Source: Octopus bimaculoides
Lineage: Eukaryota
DNA: 63,310 nucleotides
Direction of reading: 5' to 3'
NCBI RefSeq assembly: GCF_001194135.2
Contig: NC_068984.1
Location: 114,381,548 to 114,444,857 of the forward strand
Shown here one piece after another: positions 24,718-38,660 of the stretch. The notes beneath the pieces were generated by a model, which worked only from the letters and a program-made list of their open reading frames with translations, did not search any database and had not been told where the DNA came from. Positions within the stretch are counted from its first letter, which is position 1. Every line of letters starts with the position of its first letter. Made by a program: the position numbers and the translations under genes.

Positions 24718-25899
24718 GTAAGTATAATTAGTTAATTAATTAATTAATCATTACTACCACCATTATCATCATGATCATCATCATGATCATCAACACCACC
24801 ACTGCTACCACCTTCATCACAACTCCACCACTATCACCACCATCACCCCACCACTACCACCACCATCACCCCACCACTACCACCACCCCACCACTACCAC
24901 CACCTCCACCACTATAAGAGCCTCTAGGTGGTCACTCATCTGTTAGAAATAGCTGCCAAGTCTCCCTCAAATCACAACCTGCTATCTGAAGAAAATATAT
25001 TGGATAATGTGATTCTGGGTTCCCTGAACATATGAAAAAGACAGGATATTCATGACCAGAATGGCTTTGATCATGGGTCTTCTTGATCAGGGCTGACCTG
25101 GGGCTAAACAACAACATCACCCTTCGTCATCATGGCCACCCCTACTTTCACCATTACCTCCCCACTATTATCATCCTTACTGTAATCACCACCTCTCATC
25201 ATGATTACCTTCCCACCACCACCACCATCACCACCACCTTTGCTTATCACCACTACCACCACTACCATCGATCATCATTACCTTCACCACCAACACCACC
25301 ACCAACGCCAACACCATCCCTGATCATCATCATCACTACAGCTACCACTAACACGACAGGTAAAAACTAAAAAAACTGACAATACCTTTACTCTACAAAA
25401 TTGTAAAACCCGCAAATGTGAGGCAATTTACATCCTGGTTTTTATACTAGGTTTTATTGACTGCTGTATTTAAATTGATGTTATCAGGTAATTGAGTGAA
25501 GTGCGAAAGATAGGCAGTTGTGCTGGATATATTTATGGTTTCAGTTTTAGTACCTTGCAATTTATAAGTTTAAATTGTCCTAATACTGTGAAATAAGCCA
25601 CTTCAAAATCACTAGAAAAATTTTCAGTAACAATCAGATTGTAAATGAAATCTTTTTTGTCACTCTTTGTCTGTGTGTGTGTGTGTGAGGTCGTAATATA
25701 AGAGTTGTGAAGTATATCAAAAACATATTTTACATAGTGCAAGCGTTATCTGATATGGACCTCAATGTATTGTGTGTTCGTCTGACAGACAAGAATAATT
25801 ATGAACAGCACAGCTTAGGACAAAACTCAGAGTAGACTTTCAAATTTTGATATTATATATGTATGTGTGTATGTACATATATACACGTACACACATGCA

Positions 25900-25957
<58 letters not shown>

Positions 25958-26289
25958 TATATACATATATGTGTGTGTGTGTGTGTGTAGATAGATAGAT
26001 ATAGAAATATGTATGTCTTTTTAGGAGCAAAAATTTCTAGGAGTGGATTCCCAGTCTCCTTGCTCCCGCCACTTTTAGTCGCTTCTTACGACACACAGGG
26101 AATACAGCAACTGCATTCTACCGGTCTCTCTTCCCCTAGCCGCAGGGGTGTTTTGCTAGTTAATCCATAGCTGAGACCCTTACAGATGCTACCACTCTGG
26201 GCCAGAGTAGACTTGGGAATAATAGTGGCTAAAAGGTGGTTCCACACTCCTCAAACTCTGAAACCAGGGCCCCAGCGTCTAACTACTGG

Positions 26290-27175
26290 ATGTAGTTTAG
26301 AGTCATACCCAGGACCTAGAGAAAGCATATGACTGTGGATGGAGATGCAATGTGGCAGGTGTTGCAGTTGTATGGAGTAGATGGTAGATTTTTGAAAGCT
26401 GTACAGAGATTTTATAGAGAAAGTAGGGTGTGTGTTAGGGTAGGTGGTGAAGTATGTGAGTGGTTTAAGGTGAAGGTGGGGTTAAGAGGGTTGTGTGATA
26501 TCTCCATGACTGTTCAATTTATATATGGATGATGAGGTGAGAGATGTGAATGCTAGAACCCTTGTAGGGGAGCTCAAATGGTGGGAGAAAATAGAGAAAG
26601 ATGGCAGGTGAGTCAGTTGTTTGCTGATGATACAGCACCGGTGGTGGGTTCGGAAGAGCAACTGAAGAGACTGGAGGTAGAGTTTGGAAGAGTGTTTGAG
26701 AGGAGGAAACTGAAAGTGAATGTAGCTAAGAGTAAGGTGATGAGATGTTTGAGAGATGGAATGGCTAGTAGGATGGATGTGAATATAAATGGTGAGCTGT
26801 TAGAGGAGGTGAGTGTTTTTAAGTTTCTGGGATCACATGTGATGGCTGATGGGAGGTTGGCTGAGGAAATGGGATATAGAGTGAGGGAGGAGAGTAAGAT
26901 ACTTGGAGACTTGGAGTTGTGAAAGGTATGCTGAGAGGTAAAAGGTTGAGTATGAAAGTGAAAAGAGGTGTGTATGAGGGCGTGATTGTGCCGACAATGT
27001 TATATGGTACAGAGACATGGGGGCTGAGAGAGGCAGAAAGGAGGTGGCTAGATGTGTTTGAGATGAGATGTTTGAGGGCTATGGTTGGTGTGACATGGAT
27101 GGACAGGATGAAGAATGAGGAGGTGCGAAGGCGAGCAGGAATGAGAGAAAAATTAACAACCAGAATGGATAGATG
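26290..27175 (+). mobile_element. RTE-clade LINE reverse transcriptase fragment
   Basis: FKVKVGLR, QLFADDT, LKVNVAKSKVM, FKFLGS and PTMLYGTETW motifs; runs into a gap. Confidence 0.88.
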
Positions 27176-28157
27176 NNNNNNNNNNNNNNNNNNNNNNNNN
27201 NNNNNNNNNNNNNNNNNNNNNNNNNNNNNNNNNNNNNNNNNNNNNNNNNNNNNNNNNNNNNNNNNNNNNNNNNNNNNNNNNNNNNNNNNNNNNNNNNNNN
27301 NNNNNNNNNNNNNNNNNNNNNNNNNNNNNNNNNNNNNNNNNNNNNNNNNNNNNNNNNNNNNNNNNNNNNNNNNNNNNNNNNNNNNNNNNNNNNNNNNNNN
27401 NNNNNNNNNNNNNNNNNNNNNNNNNNNNNNNNNNNNNNNNNNNNNNNNNNNNNNNNNNNNNNNNNNNNNNNNNNNNNNNNNNNNNNNNNNNNNNNNNNNN
27501 NNNNNNNNNNNNNNNNNNNNNNNNNNNNNNNNNNNNNNNNNNNNNNNNNNNNNNNNNNNNNNNNNNNNNNNNNNNNNNNNNNNNNNNNNNNNNNNNNNNN
27601 NNNNNNNNNNNNNNNNNNNNNNNNNNNNNNNNNNNNNNNNNNNNNNNNNNNNNNNNNNNNNNNNNNNNNNNNNNNNNNNNNNNNNNNNNNNNNNNNNNNN
27701 NNNNNNNNNNNNNNNNNNNNNNNNNNNNNNNNNNNNNNNNNNNNNNNNNNNNNNNNNNNNNNNNNNNNNNNNNNNNNNNNNNNNNNNNNNNNNNNNNNNN
27801 NNNNNNNNNNNNNNNNNNNNNNNNNNNNNNNNNNNNNNNNNNNNNNNNNNNNNNNNNNNNNNNNNNNNNNNNNNNNNNNNNNNNNNNNNNNNNNNNNNNN
27901 NNNNNNNNNNNNNNNNNNNNNNNNNNNNNNNNNNNNNNNNNNNNNNNNNNNNNNNNNNNNNNNNNNNNNNNNNNNNNNNNNNNNNNNNNNNNNNNNNNNN
28001 NNNNNNNNNNNNNNNNNNNNNNNNNNNNNNNNNNNNNNNNNNNNNNNNNNNNNNNNNNNNNNNNNNNNNNNNNNNNNNNNNNNNNNNNNNNNNNNNNNNN
28101 NNNNNNNNNNNNNNNNNNNNNNNNNNNNNNNNNNNNNNNNNNNNNNNNNNNNNNNNN

Positions 28158-28188
<31 letters not shown>

Positions 28189-29099
28189 CATATAAGTTTG
28201 TATAAATGGCTGAAGATTGCTTTTCTGTGACAGTACAATAATCAACAACATTCTTTAGTTTTCAGGGTTCCAAGGACTAGATAATGTATCGAAACCTATT
28301 TTAGGCCAAAGTGCTTACTTTAAGAGTACCTTAGTTGAAACATTTTGTTGCCAAAATGTACAGTTTTTGTTAGAATTGTAGAAGATATAAACAGACCTTG
28401 GACATATATATAATATTAAAAATTAAGTTGCAAGTATGACCCTTACAGTGCTTAACAACAAACATCAGGAATCTCAGTTACTGCAGCCTCAAAAATCCTG
28501 ATGTTTATAACTTATATCACTCTTTAGCTACCAAACTGAAAACGTCAGAGGCAGTTATCACCTCAGAAGTTATCATGGATAATAAATGGTCCTTCTTAAA
28601 TTCCACACTCTATGACTGCTGCCAAAATCTTTAGATTCAAGAAGAATAAAAACTAAAACTGGTTGCCTGAGAACTCTAAGAGAATCAACAAGCTTCTGAA
28701 TTATATGTTCAAGGCCTATATAATAAATTTGGACAATTAATTATCATATGCTCTGATAAAGTGGTAGCAAGCTCTTCAGAAATGAGTTTCAAACTGCTCT
28801 GTATATTTTAATGTATGAGTGAAGATTGCAAATGTTCAGAAAATTAAGATGTATACAGATAGGTATAATATGCACAATTTCTGTGATGCACTAAAGACTC
28901 ATTATAGCCCTGGAAATTAATTATTCCATAGTACCATTCAAGTGACCACATGGTTGGTGCTTCTCTAGTGAAAAAGCAGTCAAAAATAGGGGTTCACTGC
29001 AGAGAACATTTCTACCACTAGTTCTTAAAAACCAACAACCTTGGCTGAAGTTAGTTTCATTGTTAAAACAGGAAAACTCCTGGTCTTGACAATATTCTA

Positions 29100-29650
29100 G
29101 CAGAAATCTTAAAGGAGAAATGGTTATTTGTGCTCAATAGCATTTTGTGATATCTCAAACATGTGGAACTAGGAGAATATATATCAACATTGAATGGATA
29201 CCAACATTGTCAAAAATCTATAAGAACAAGGGAGACAAATCTGTTTGCTCTTATAGTTGGTATAAACCACTCCTGGCTCTTGCTGGGAAGATACTGGCAA
29301 AGATTATACTTGACAGCTCGGTCCCCCAGTATCTCAGAACATCAAATAAGAGTCACAGTATGGCTTCTGTAAGGACCAAGATATAGCAGACGTGATCCTT
29401 TTACAAGACAGCATCAAAGAAAATGCAAAGAACAATACTAGAATCTGTTCATTGCATTAATGGAACTATCAAAGACTTTTAGCAGAATTGACAGAAAAAT
29501 TCAGTGGGATATTCTTAGCAAGTTCGGTTGCCTGTACAAATTCACGAATTTCCCATGCCAATTCCACATCACAGTGATGATGACTCAAGATGTTAATGGA
29601 GGGCTAAAATCTGAGCCCTTCAGTGTGAAAGCAAAAGTCAGACAAGGTTC
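29100..29650 (+). mobile_element. Highly decayed RTE-like RT fragment
   Basis: IYKNKGDKSVCSY...LLALAGKILAKII and SEPFSVK..VRQG motifs. Confidence 0.7.
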
Positions 29651-30857
29651 TGTACTCTTTTACTTGTTTCAGTCATTTTGACTGTGGCCATGCTGGAGCA
29701 CCGTCTTTAGTCGAGCAAATCGACCCCAGGACTTATTCTTTGTAAGCCTAGTACTTATTCTATCTGTCTCTTTTGCTGAACCACTAAGTTACGGAGACGT
29801 AAATACACCAGCATTGGTTGTCAAGCAATGTTGGGGGGACAAACACAGACACCNNNNNNNNNNNNNNNNNNNNNNNNNNNNNNNNNNNNNNNNNNNNNNN
29901 NNNNNNNNNNNNNNNNNNNNNNNNNNNNNNNNNNNNNNNNNNNNNNNNNNNNNNNNNNNNNNNNNNNNNNNNNNNNNNNNNNNNNNNNNNNNNNNNNNNN
30001 NNNNNNNNNNNNNNNNNNNNNNNNNNNNNNNNNNNNNNNNNNNNNNNNNNNNNNNNNNNNNNNNNNNNNNNNNNNNNTATATATATACACACATATATAT
30101 ATATATATATACATATATACAACAGGCTTCTTTCAGTTTCCATCTACCAAATCCACTCATAAGGCTTTGGTCGGCCCGAGGCTATAGTAGAAGACACTTG
30201 CCCAAGGTGCCATGCAGTGGGACTGAACCCGGAACCATGTGGTTGGTAAGCAAGCTACTTACCACACAGCCACTCCTACGCCTATATGTTTAATAAATTC
30301 TTCATCTTTGTGATCACACTGTTATGCAGAACAATGGAAAGAACAACAGGAATCGCTATTAACTTTCAGCTTAATGGAAACATCTTTAATGTCTAAAAGC
30401 TGTTCAGAATTTAACAGATCATTAAACTATTACATGTTAATAATCATACTCTTGTAGCTAATTTTCCAGCTCTTCTAACCATCCTCTTGGCAGTTGTTGC
30501 AGCTTATAAAAGATAGGAACTGGTAGTTAACTTTCAGTTAACACTAAGTCATCAGTCAATGGCCCACTTTACCACCCTCTTCTCTCCTCCCTTTTCTTTC
30601 CTTTTTGGTACAGTGCCAATGACTAACCTCACCTTCCCAATTCAGATACCAAGGAAGTATAATTTCCAATGACTGCATTTTAGACAAAGTGATAAAAAAA
30701 AGTGACTGTGTGGTAAGTAGCTTGCTTACCAACTACATGGTTCTGGGTTCAGTCCCACTGTGTGACACCTTGGGCAAGTGTCTTCTACTAGAGCCTCGGG
30801 CCGACTAAAGCCTTGTGAGTGGATTTGGTAGACGGAAACTGGAAGAAGCCCGTCGCA

Positions 30858-30904
<47 letters not shown>

Positions 30905-31953
30905 ATATGTTTGTGTGTCTGTGTTTGTCCCCCCAACATCGCTTGACAACCAATGCTGGTGTGTTTACGTCCCCGTAACTTAGCGGTTCAGCAAAAAGAG
31001 ACCAATAGAATAAGTACTAGGCTTATAAAGAATAAGTCCTAGGGTCGATTTGCTCAACTAAAGGCGGTGCTCCAGCATGGCCACAGTCAAATGACTGAAA
31101 CAAGTAGAAGAGTATAGACTTCTGAAACTTTTGGGAGGTTCAAAAAGAAGGGCTTTTCCAAATAACCATCTCTGTGTAGGTATGGTCGTGTGGCTAAGAA
31201 GCTTACTTCCCAACCATGTGGTCTTGGTTTCAGTCCCGCCATGCAGAAACTTAGGCAAGTGTCTTCTTCTGTAACCTCCAAGCTGACCAAAGTGTTGTGA
31301 ATGGATTTGGTTGATGGAAACTGAAAGAAGCCTGTTGTATACATGTATATGCATGTGTGAGTGTATTTGTGTGTATCATTATTTTGACATCGTGTGATGA
31401 TTGTATCTGGGCAGTGATGTCGTTTGTTTGCTGACTTTTATGGTGAAATATTACCTTGCTTGGAAACAGATTAAGGTTGGCAACAAGAAGTGGGGTCTAG
31501 CCAGAGAAAAAAAATCTGCCTCAGAAAATTTCATCTGACCCATGAAAACGTGGAAAAGTGGACATTAAATGATGAAAATGATGATGCCAATGATGATAAT
31601 GGTGATGATGATGATGAGGGTGCAAGACACAAACCACGTACTGTCGATACATTGAGGACCTTTAAAGAATGACAGAGAGAGAGGGAGAGAGAGATAGCTG
31701 ATGTGATGGTCATGGCTAAAATGTTTTTGATCAGAGGGTTGCTCATTCAGGACAGACCTTAGGCTAAACTACTACTACTACTACTACTACTACTGTTGCT
31801 GCTGCTGCCGCTGCCGCCACCGCCACCACCACCACCACCAATACTACTATAGTAAGCAAAAATGTTTGGGGAGTGAATTCAGAAAAATCCTTTTTGTTGT
31901 TGTTTTATCCCCGAATTGAAATAATATTTCATTTTATTTTGTGTTGTTCCTAG

Positions 31954-32026
31954 AGAAGCAATAAAACAGAGGTGGTTGGAGAATCATGCGAAAAAAAAAG
32001 CTTCAAAAGTTAAAAGCAAATTTCAT
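31954..32026 (+). CDS. NEK11: NEK11-like exon (EAIKQRWLENHAKKKASKVKSKFH)
   Basis: gttcctag acceptor, CAT|GTGAGT donor; phase 2 in matches the 24717 donor. Position corresponds to NEK11 INAMQKRIHLQ. Confidence 0.8.
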
Positions 32027-32439
32027 GTGAGTATGCTGTATTTTATACATTTTTGAAGCGAGAACCTGACATAAAAGAGATTGGAGAAGGGATTGAGTTT
32101 CAGTACAATACTTTTTATGTTAGCTGTGGTATCAGTTTTAAAATGATGGCAGTAGTGGGGTTTTATTTACATAGTATCCAGCAGAAAAATAGAGATAAAG
32201 ATACAAAAATACTGTATAGGACAGAGGGACTGTATGTGAATGAGTGCAGGAATACTAAATAATGTCATCAGATGATCTCGTGCCTGGTTACCCAAAACAC
32301 AGAGAAAACATCATGTTATTAATACATTGTTTTTGTCTTATCATTTGTATTCATCATGTGTAATAATTCTCATCACATTTTAATCTTAATTTCTGCTTGT
32401 TTACCATCTTTGAAATGTGCATATTAAAATTCATGTTTA

Positions 32440-33230
32440 GCCCATTTTTGATAGCAGGCCTGAGTTTGCCTTTGGTTCTATGATACAAGCTCATGTTTTT
32501 AAGTAATCTAAGTTAAAAAACCTTCCATTAAAATTTTGTGTAAATTTAAATTCGAAACATCGGATTGATAATGACAAAGCTATCTTATTAAATCCTTAAA
32601 GCTATCTTATTATTTCACAATTAATTGAAACAAAGCCATGTATTTGAACAGAAACATGGTAACAAAAGGGCTAACTTTCCTGAAACCAATCCTTGTTTTG
32701 TGATACAAATTTCTCCTTCAAAATTTTATATAAACTAAAGTTCTAAATACCAGCATAATAGTGACAAAATTATTTTACTAAATTCACAATTGATTGAAGC
32801 AAAGTTAGTGTAGTTTAACAAAAATATTGTAACATAACCCTTTTGATACCAACCTGCCAGAGGCCACCCTTGGTTTTATGATACAAGCTTCTTTAAAGAT
32901 GAGTGATCTAAATTAAAACCATCCATCAAAATTTTGTATTTATGTCCAAACACCAGATTAATAATGACAAAACTATTTTACTAAATCCTTCATTATTTTC
33001 AAAATTAATGGAAACAAAGCCATGTATTTTAATAGAAATATGGTGACAAAAGAGCTAACTTGTCTGAAACTGTACCTTGTTCTGTGATACAATTTTTCCA
33101 TCCAAATTTTATATATAAATTTAAGCTACAAATATCAGTTTAATAAGGACAAAATTATTTTATGAAATTCAGATTAATTGAAACAAAGGTAGTGTACTTT
33201 AACAGAAATATTGTCTCAAAAGGGTTGCTT
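32440..33230 (+). mobile_element. Tandem array of four MITE family-B units
   Basis: Repeated ...gataccaac...taaattaaaacc...aatgacaaag...gaaacaaag...ggtaacaaaaggg units. Single copies at ~22110-22340, 23720-23930, 40430-40670 (-), 52828-53050 and 58388-58845. Confidence 0.75.
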
Positions 33231-33239
33231 GCTTGCTTA

Positions 33240-33660
33240 TGACAGCCCATCAAAGGTGATAATAGCATCAATTCAAGACATTCATCCTCCTCATGATGGT
33301 ATGCAAGCCAGAGTGACACTCAGCAGTGAAGCCTTGTAACCTTTTGATATCCAGGTGGGTGTAAAACAAGGATGCATCCTTGCCCCTGTACTATTTAACA
33401 TTTACCTAGTGGTTGCAACCCTTCTTTTCAGGAGACAATCCACTGAAGATGGAATTCGTATCAAGTACTGCTATGATGGTGGTATCTTTAACACTCACCA
33501 GCTGAAAGCCACATAAAAAATCCCCTCAACCACAGTGTATGAGATTTAGTATGTTGACGATTCAGCTGCATCATCTCATACCTCTGCTTCTCTTTAATAC
33601 ATGATGAACTCAATGCACAGTGCCTATTCTTGGCTCGGTCTTCAAGTGAATCATTGAACA
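33240..33660 (+). mobile_element. RTE-like RT fragment
   Basis: GVKQGCILAPVLFNIYL and a YVDDS-type motif are visible on translation. Confidence 0.75.
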
Positions 33661-33944
33661 AAAGGGCTAACCCTTTTGATACCAACCTGTCTGAGATCAC
33701 CCTTGTTTCTATGATACAAGATTCTCTAAAACTAAAGTGATCTAAATTAAAACCTTCCATCAAATTTTAGTATCAATTTATGTTCAACAACCAGATTAAT
33801 AATCCTTTCTACTGGAAGCACAATGCCTCAAATTTGGGGGAAGGGATTAAGTCGATTACATTGACCCCAGTGCGTAACTGGTAGTTATTTAATCAACCTC
33901 AAAAGGATGAAAGGCAAAGTCGACCCTGGCGGAATTTGAATCCA

Positions 33945-34260
33945 AATTTAAAATTCACCTGAACAACCACAGATCTTCTTTCTGGATCCCAGAGAGACAC
34001 AACACAATGACACTCACAGCATACGTATGGTGCCTAAAGGACAATCATATGCCCTTTAACATCAGGTGGAAATTACTGGAAACTTGTTCACCCTATCACA
34101 ATGGAACAAGACTATGTAAATTGTGTATAGCAGAAAGATATATATAAACTCACATGAACCAGGGTCTACCTGAACTCCTGGACGGAAGTTGTGAGGAGTT
34201 GTCCACATTTACGGAAATTTTTACTTCAAAATTGGAAAACCTAGCTATCAAGCGAAGGAA
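33945..34260 (+). mobile_element. Penelope-like element C-terminal coding fragment
   Basis: Translates TLTAYVWCLKDNHMPFNIRWKLLETCSPYHNGTRLCKLCIAERYI...LNSWTEVVRSCPHLRKFLL, resembling the post-GIY-YIG CxxC/H tail of PLEs. Confidence 0.7.
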
Positions 34261-34993
34261 GACAACTTGCCCAGCCATAATTTTTTAAAAGGAATATTTC
34301 TTGAACTATCACCAGCATTCAGTTATTGTTTAGAGAAACTGAAGAGGTGTCTAGTTCACTGTTATATTACACATACAAAAATATATGTATATGTATATAT
34401 ATATGTGTATTTTATATNNNNNNNNNNNNNNNNNNNNNNNNNNNNNNNNNNNNNNNNNNNNNNNNNNNNNNNNNNNNNNNNNNNNNNNNNNNNNNNNNNN
34501 NNNNNNNNNNNNNNNNNNNNNNNNNNNNNNNNNNNNNNNNNNNNNNNNNNNNNNNNNNNNNNNNNNNNNNNNNNNNNNNNNNNNNNNNNNNNNNNNNNNN
34601 NNNNNNNNNNNNNNNNNNNNNNNNNNNNNNNNNNNNNNNNNNNNNNNNNNNNNNNNNNNNNNNNNNNNNNNNNNNNNNNNNNNNNNNNNNNNNNNNNNNN
34701 NNNNNNNNNNNNNNNNNNNNNNNNNNNNNNNNNNNNNNNNNNNNNNNNNNNNNNNNNNNNNNNNNNNNNNNNNNNNNNNNNNNNNNNNNNNNNNNNNNNN
34801 NNNNNNNNNNNNNNNNNNNNNNNNNNNNNNNNNNNNNNNNNNNNNNNNNNNNNNNNNNNNNNNNNNNNNNNNNNNNNNNNNNNNNNNNNNNNNNNNNNNN
34901 NNNNNNNNNNNNNNNNNNNNNNNNNNNNNNNNNNNNNNNNNNNNNNNNNNNNNNNNNNNNNNNNNNNNNNNNNNNNNNNNNNNNNNNNNNNNN

Positions 34994-35032
<39 letters not shown>

Positions 35033-35701
35033 ATATTGCTGGCAGAATCATTAGAGTGTCAGACAAAATGCTATGTGGTTATTTGCTCTGGCTCTTTATG
35101 TTCTGAGTTCAAATCCTTCCTGCCAAGGTCAATTTTGCATTTCATCCTTTCAGTGGGGGGAGGGGGGGGTTCAATAAAATAAAGTACCAGTCAAGTGCTG
35201 TGGTCAATGTTATCGACTACCACACTACCCTCAAATTGTGCAGGCCAGAATCAGAAACCATTGTTAAAATGTTTGTTTGTTTGTTTTTAGTAATGCTTTC
35301 ATCTGTTCTTCTCCATATGTGGTTAATAAAGGGAAAAAGCATTATTAAAAAAAATTGTTGTTGTGGTTGCCATTGTTGCTGTTGTTATTGTAGACATACA
35401 GTCCAGCTTGGCATGATGTTGCAAAAGGGAATTGGTTTATTAGTCATGTATTGAATATCAGGTGGTGTAGGAATGACTGTACAGAATGACTCCGCGATGA
35501 CTAATTCTCCTGATGTAATATCAACCACTTCTTACATTTGTATGGGCCATGAGTGTCTTTCTATAGATTTTTCACATATCTTTTAGACATGTGTTTACAT
35601 ATGTATATGCATGGATGAATGTATGTTTGTATGTATTTGAGTATGTATGTGTATGTACGTCTGTGTATATGTATGTACGAATGTGAGTGTTGATGTATGT
35701 A

Positions 35702-35754
<53 letters not shown>

Positions 35755-35987
35755 GTATATTTGTTCCCTTCTATTTTTAATTATTTGAAGTCTTCTTTAA
35801 AGGAAAGATCTAGTTTCTAACCAAGACACAGAGCTCCATTGTTGGAATGTAGATAGCAAAAACAATGTCACATGTGTTTATGTATGTATATGTATGTATT
35901 TATGTATGTATATATGTATACATGTATGTGAGTGTGTATATATGTCTGTGTATATGTATGCATGCATGTATGTATGTGTACATGCAT

Positions 35988-36018
<31 letters not shown>

Positions 36019-36301
36019 GTTTAACGTCCGCTTTCCATGCTAGCATGGGTTGGACGATTTGACTGAGGACTGGTGAAACCGGATGGCAACACCAGGCTCC
36101 AGTCTGATTTGGCAGAGTTTCTACAGCTGGATGCCCTTCCTAACGCCAACCACTCAGAGAGTGTAGTGGGTGAATAATAATAATAATAATAATAATATGT
36201 ATATGTATGTGTATGTATGTATGCATGTATGTATGCATGTATGTAGATATAATCTATGTGTCTATGTGTGTGTTCATGTATGTATGTATGTATGTATTAT
36301 G

Positions 36302-36336
<35 letters not shown>

Positions 36337-37274
36337 NNNNNNNNNNNNNNNNNNNNNNNNNNNNNNNNNNNNNNNNNNNNNNNNNNNNNNNNNNNNNNNN
36401 NNNNNNNNNNNNNNNNNNNNNNNNNNNNNNNNNNNNNNNNNNNNNNNNNNNNNNNNNNNNNNNNNNNNNNNNNNNNNNNNNNNNNNNNNNNNNNCAATAA
36501 AAACTTTAGAAATATCATGAATGTTCAAAATATTTATTAAAAAAATATTTATAAATATGCATGATTTCTAAGTTGTATAAAAATATGACAATTAAAGTTA
36601 AAACATTACGATGTGTAAACGTACATTATGATATAACATATAATGGGTAAATATATACGGTATGATGAAGTTATAAATTTACATGTATTATATTAAAAAC
36701 GTGTACATTAGGACACTTTTAGACACTTTAGAGACTGAATACTATAAATTCATTTATTGATTCTTGAAGGAATTGAACACACATATTGTATCTTGCGTTG
36801 GACATATGGTATTATTCCTGTGATTTTCCACCCTTATGTATCCATTTTTACTATAAGATATATATATCTGTATATATGTATGTGTATACATATGCCTGTA
36901 TGTATGTGTGTATGTATCATCAATGTTTTCTTTATCACAAATAAACAACAAACATTTACAGCAGAAATGAATGAACATATAATCTGCAGTCAATAATATA
37001 TATGTGTTTGTTTAAATATAATTATGTTTTTATTAGAAATAATACATTTCTAAATCTCTCAGAGAGATTTATACAGTTCTTGTAGTGATGATGGTGGAGG
37101 ATATCGACAGCACCCACTACACTCTCTGAGTGGTTGGCGTTAGGAAGGGCATCCAGCTGTAGAAACTCTGCCAAATCAGATTGGAGGTTGGTGTTGCCAT
37201 CCGGTTTCACCAGTCCTCAGTCAAATCATCCAACCCATGCTAGCATGGAAAGCGGACGTTAAACGATGATGATG

Positions 37275-37930
37275 AAATGTTCAATAATATTGAGAACTGG
37301 GGACTGTGGTGTCCAGATAAGATGTTCAACTTCACCAGAATGTTCCTCGTGCCATTCAGTAACAACTTTAACTGTGTGAATTGGTGCATTATCATCCTGA
37401 AAGATTGTGTTTCCCTTCGGAAACAGTTCCGCAACCATAGGGTGAATTTGATCAGATAAAATGCTTAAACAGACCTGACTATTAATTCTGTCATGACGGG
37501 AAACAATTGGGTCGGTGGATTTCCAAGATATAGCCCCCACCCCCAGATCATCACAGATCCTCCTCCATGTTTAACAGTTGGAAGAAGGCAGTCTGGGTCA
37601 AATGCTTCTTTTGGCTGTCTCCACACGTATACTCGGCCGGTGGTTGGAAATAAGGTAAAAGATGACTCGTCCAAGAAAGTAACATTCTTCCACTGCTCTA
37701 GGGACCAATTCTGTAGGTTTTTACTCCACTCTAAATGCTTTGGAGTGTTTGTTTTTGAAAGTAGTGGTTTTCTGATTGCAGCCCTCCCATGAAATCCAGC
37801 TTTGTGCAGCTCCTAGTGAACAGTTTTTGTGGAAACTGGGTTCTCGATGTGGTCATTAAGCACTGCAGTAATTTTGGGAGCTGTACTCTTGTAATCCTTT
37901 CGTGTAAGAGTCCAATAGTCCCTATCTGAA
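37275..37930 (-). mobile_element. Tc1-family transposase fragment
   Basis: DESSF...RVYVWR...TVKHGGGSVMIWG, FQDDNAPIH and WTPQSPVLNIIE motifs. Confidence 0.9.
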
Positions 37931-38660
37931 AGTTTTGGTTTTCTTCAGAATCTCTTGCAATTCATCTGGATGGTCTCCTTGTTTATGTTGGTGAATTCTG
38001 CCATAATCCTTGCCTTCAGTTCATTTTTGGTGTTACAAGGAATTTTGTTGGTCTCTAGCTCAACTATGCTCCACACATAATAATCAAGGGGGTTGCAGTC
38101 TGGGGAGTTAGGTGGCCAGATGTTAAGGGTGATGTGGTTGTAGAAATTGTCTGACAGCCATGACTAGATTCTCCTGCTTGTGTGGCATGGTGCAGAGTCC
38201 TGTTGCCAGACAGAGGGTCTTCCAACAGCCACCCTCTTGACCCAGGGAAGCATTACCTCCTCCAGGCACTCGATGTAGGCCTGAGTTGAGTCTGAGGCTG
38301 TGTGAGAAGATGAATGGAGGTATAACATTACTCTCACTCGTTATCACTCCAAACACCATGATGTTGACTGGATGTTTGATTTTTATCACTCACAGTACAT
38401 GTCCTCAGATTGCACTGTCCTCAGTTTGACACCCAAACACTCTGAAATGTTCATATTGGAGCTTCCAGTGCAAATGCTAAGCAGTACAGCATGTCATTAC
38501 CAAATTTCTGGCAGAGTGAATTGCATCATGGTGCTGTTTTTCTCACAGGCAGTGCCCAACTGACCCTACTATACTGTGCTGTCAACAAAATCAAAAACAA
38601 ATACTATGCATGCATGAAATTAAAAATATAAAATGGTGACAATTTACCCACCACACCCTG
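37930..38660 (-). mobile_element. Tc1/mariner-superfamily transposase fragment
   Basis: KHPVNIMVFGVITS and WPPNSPDCNPLDY motifs on the minus strand. Confidence 0.8.
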
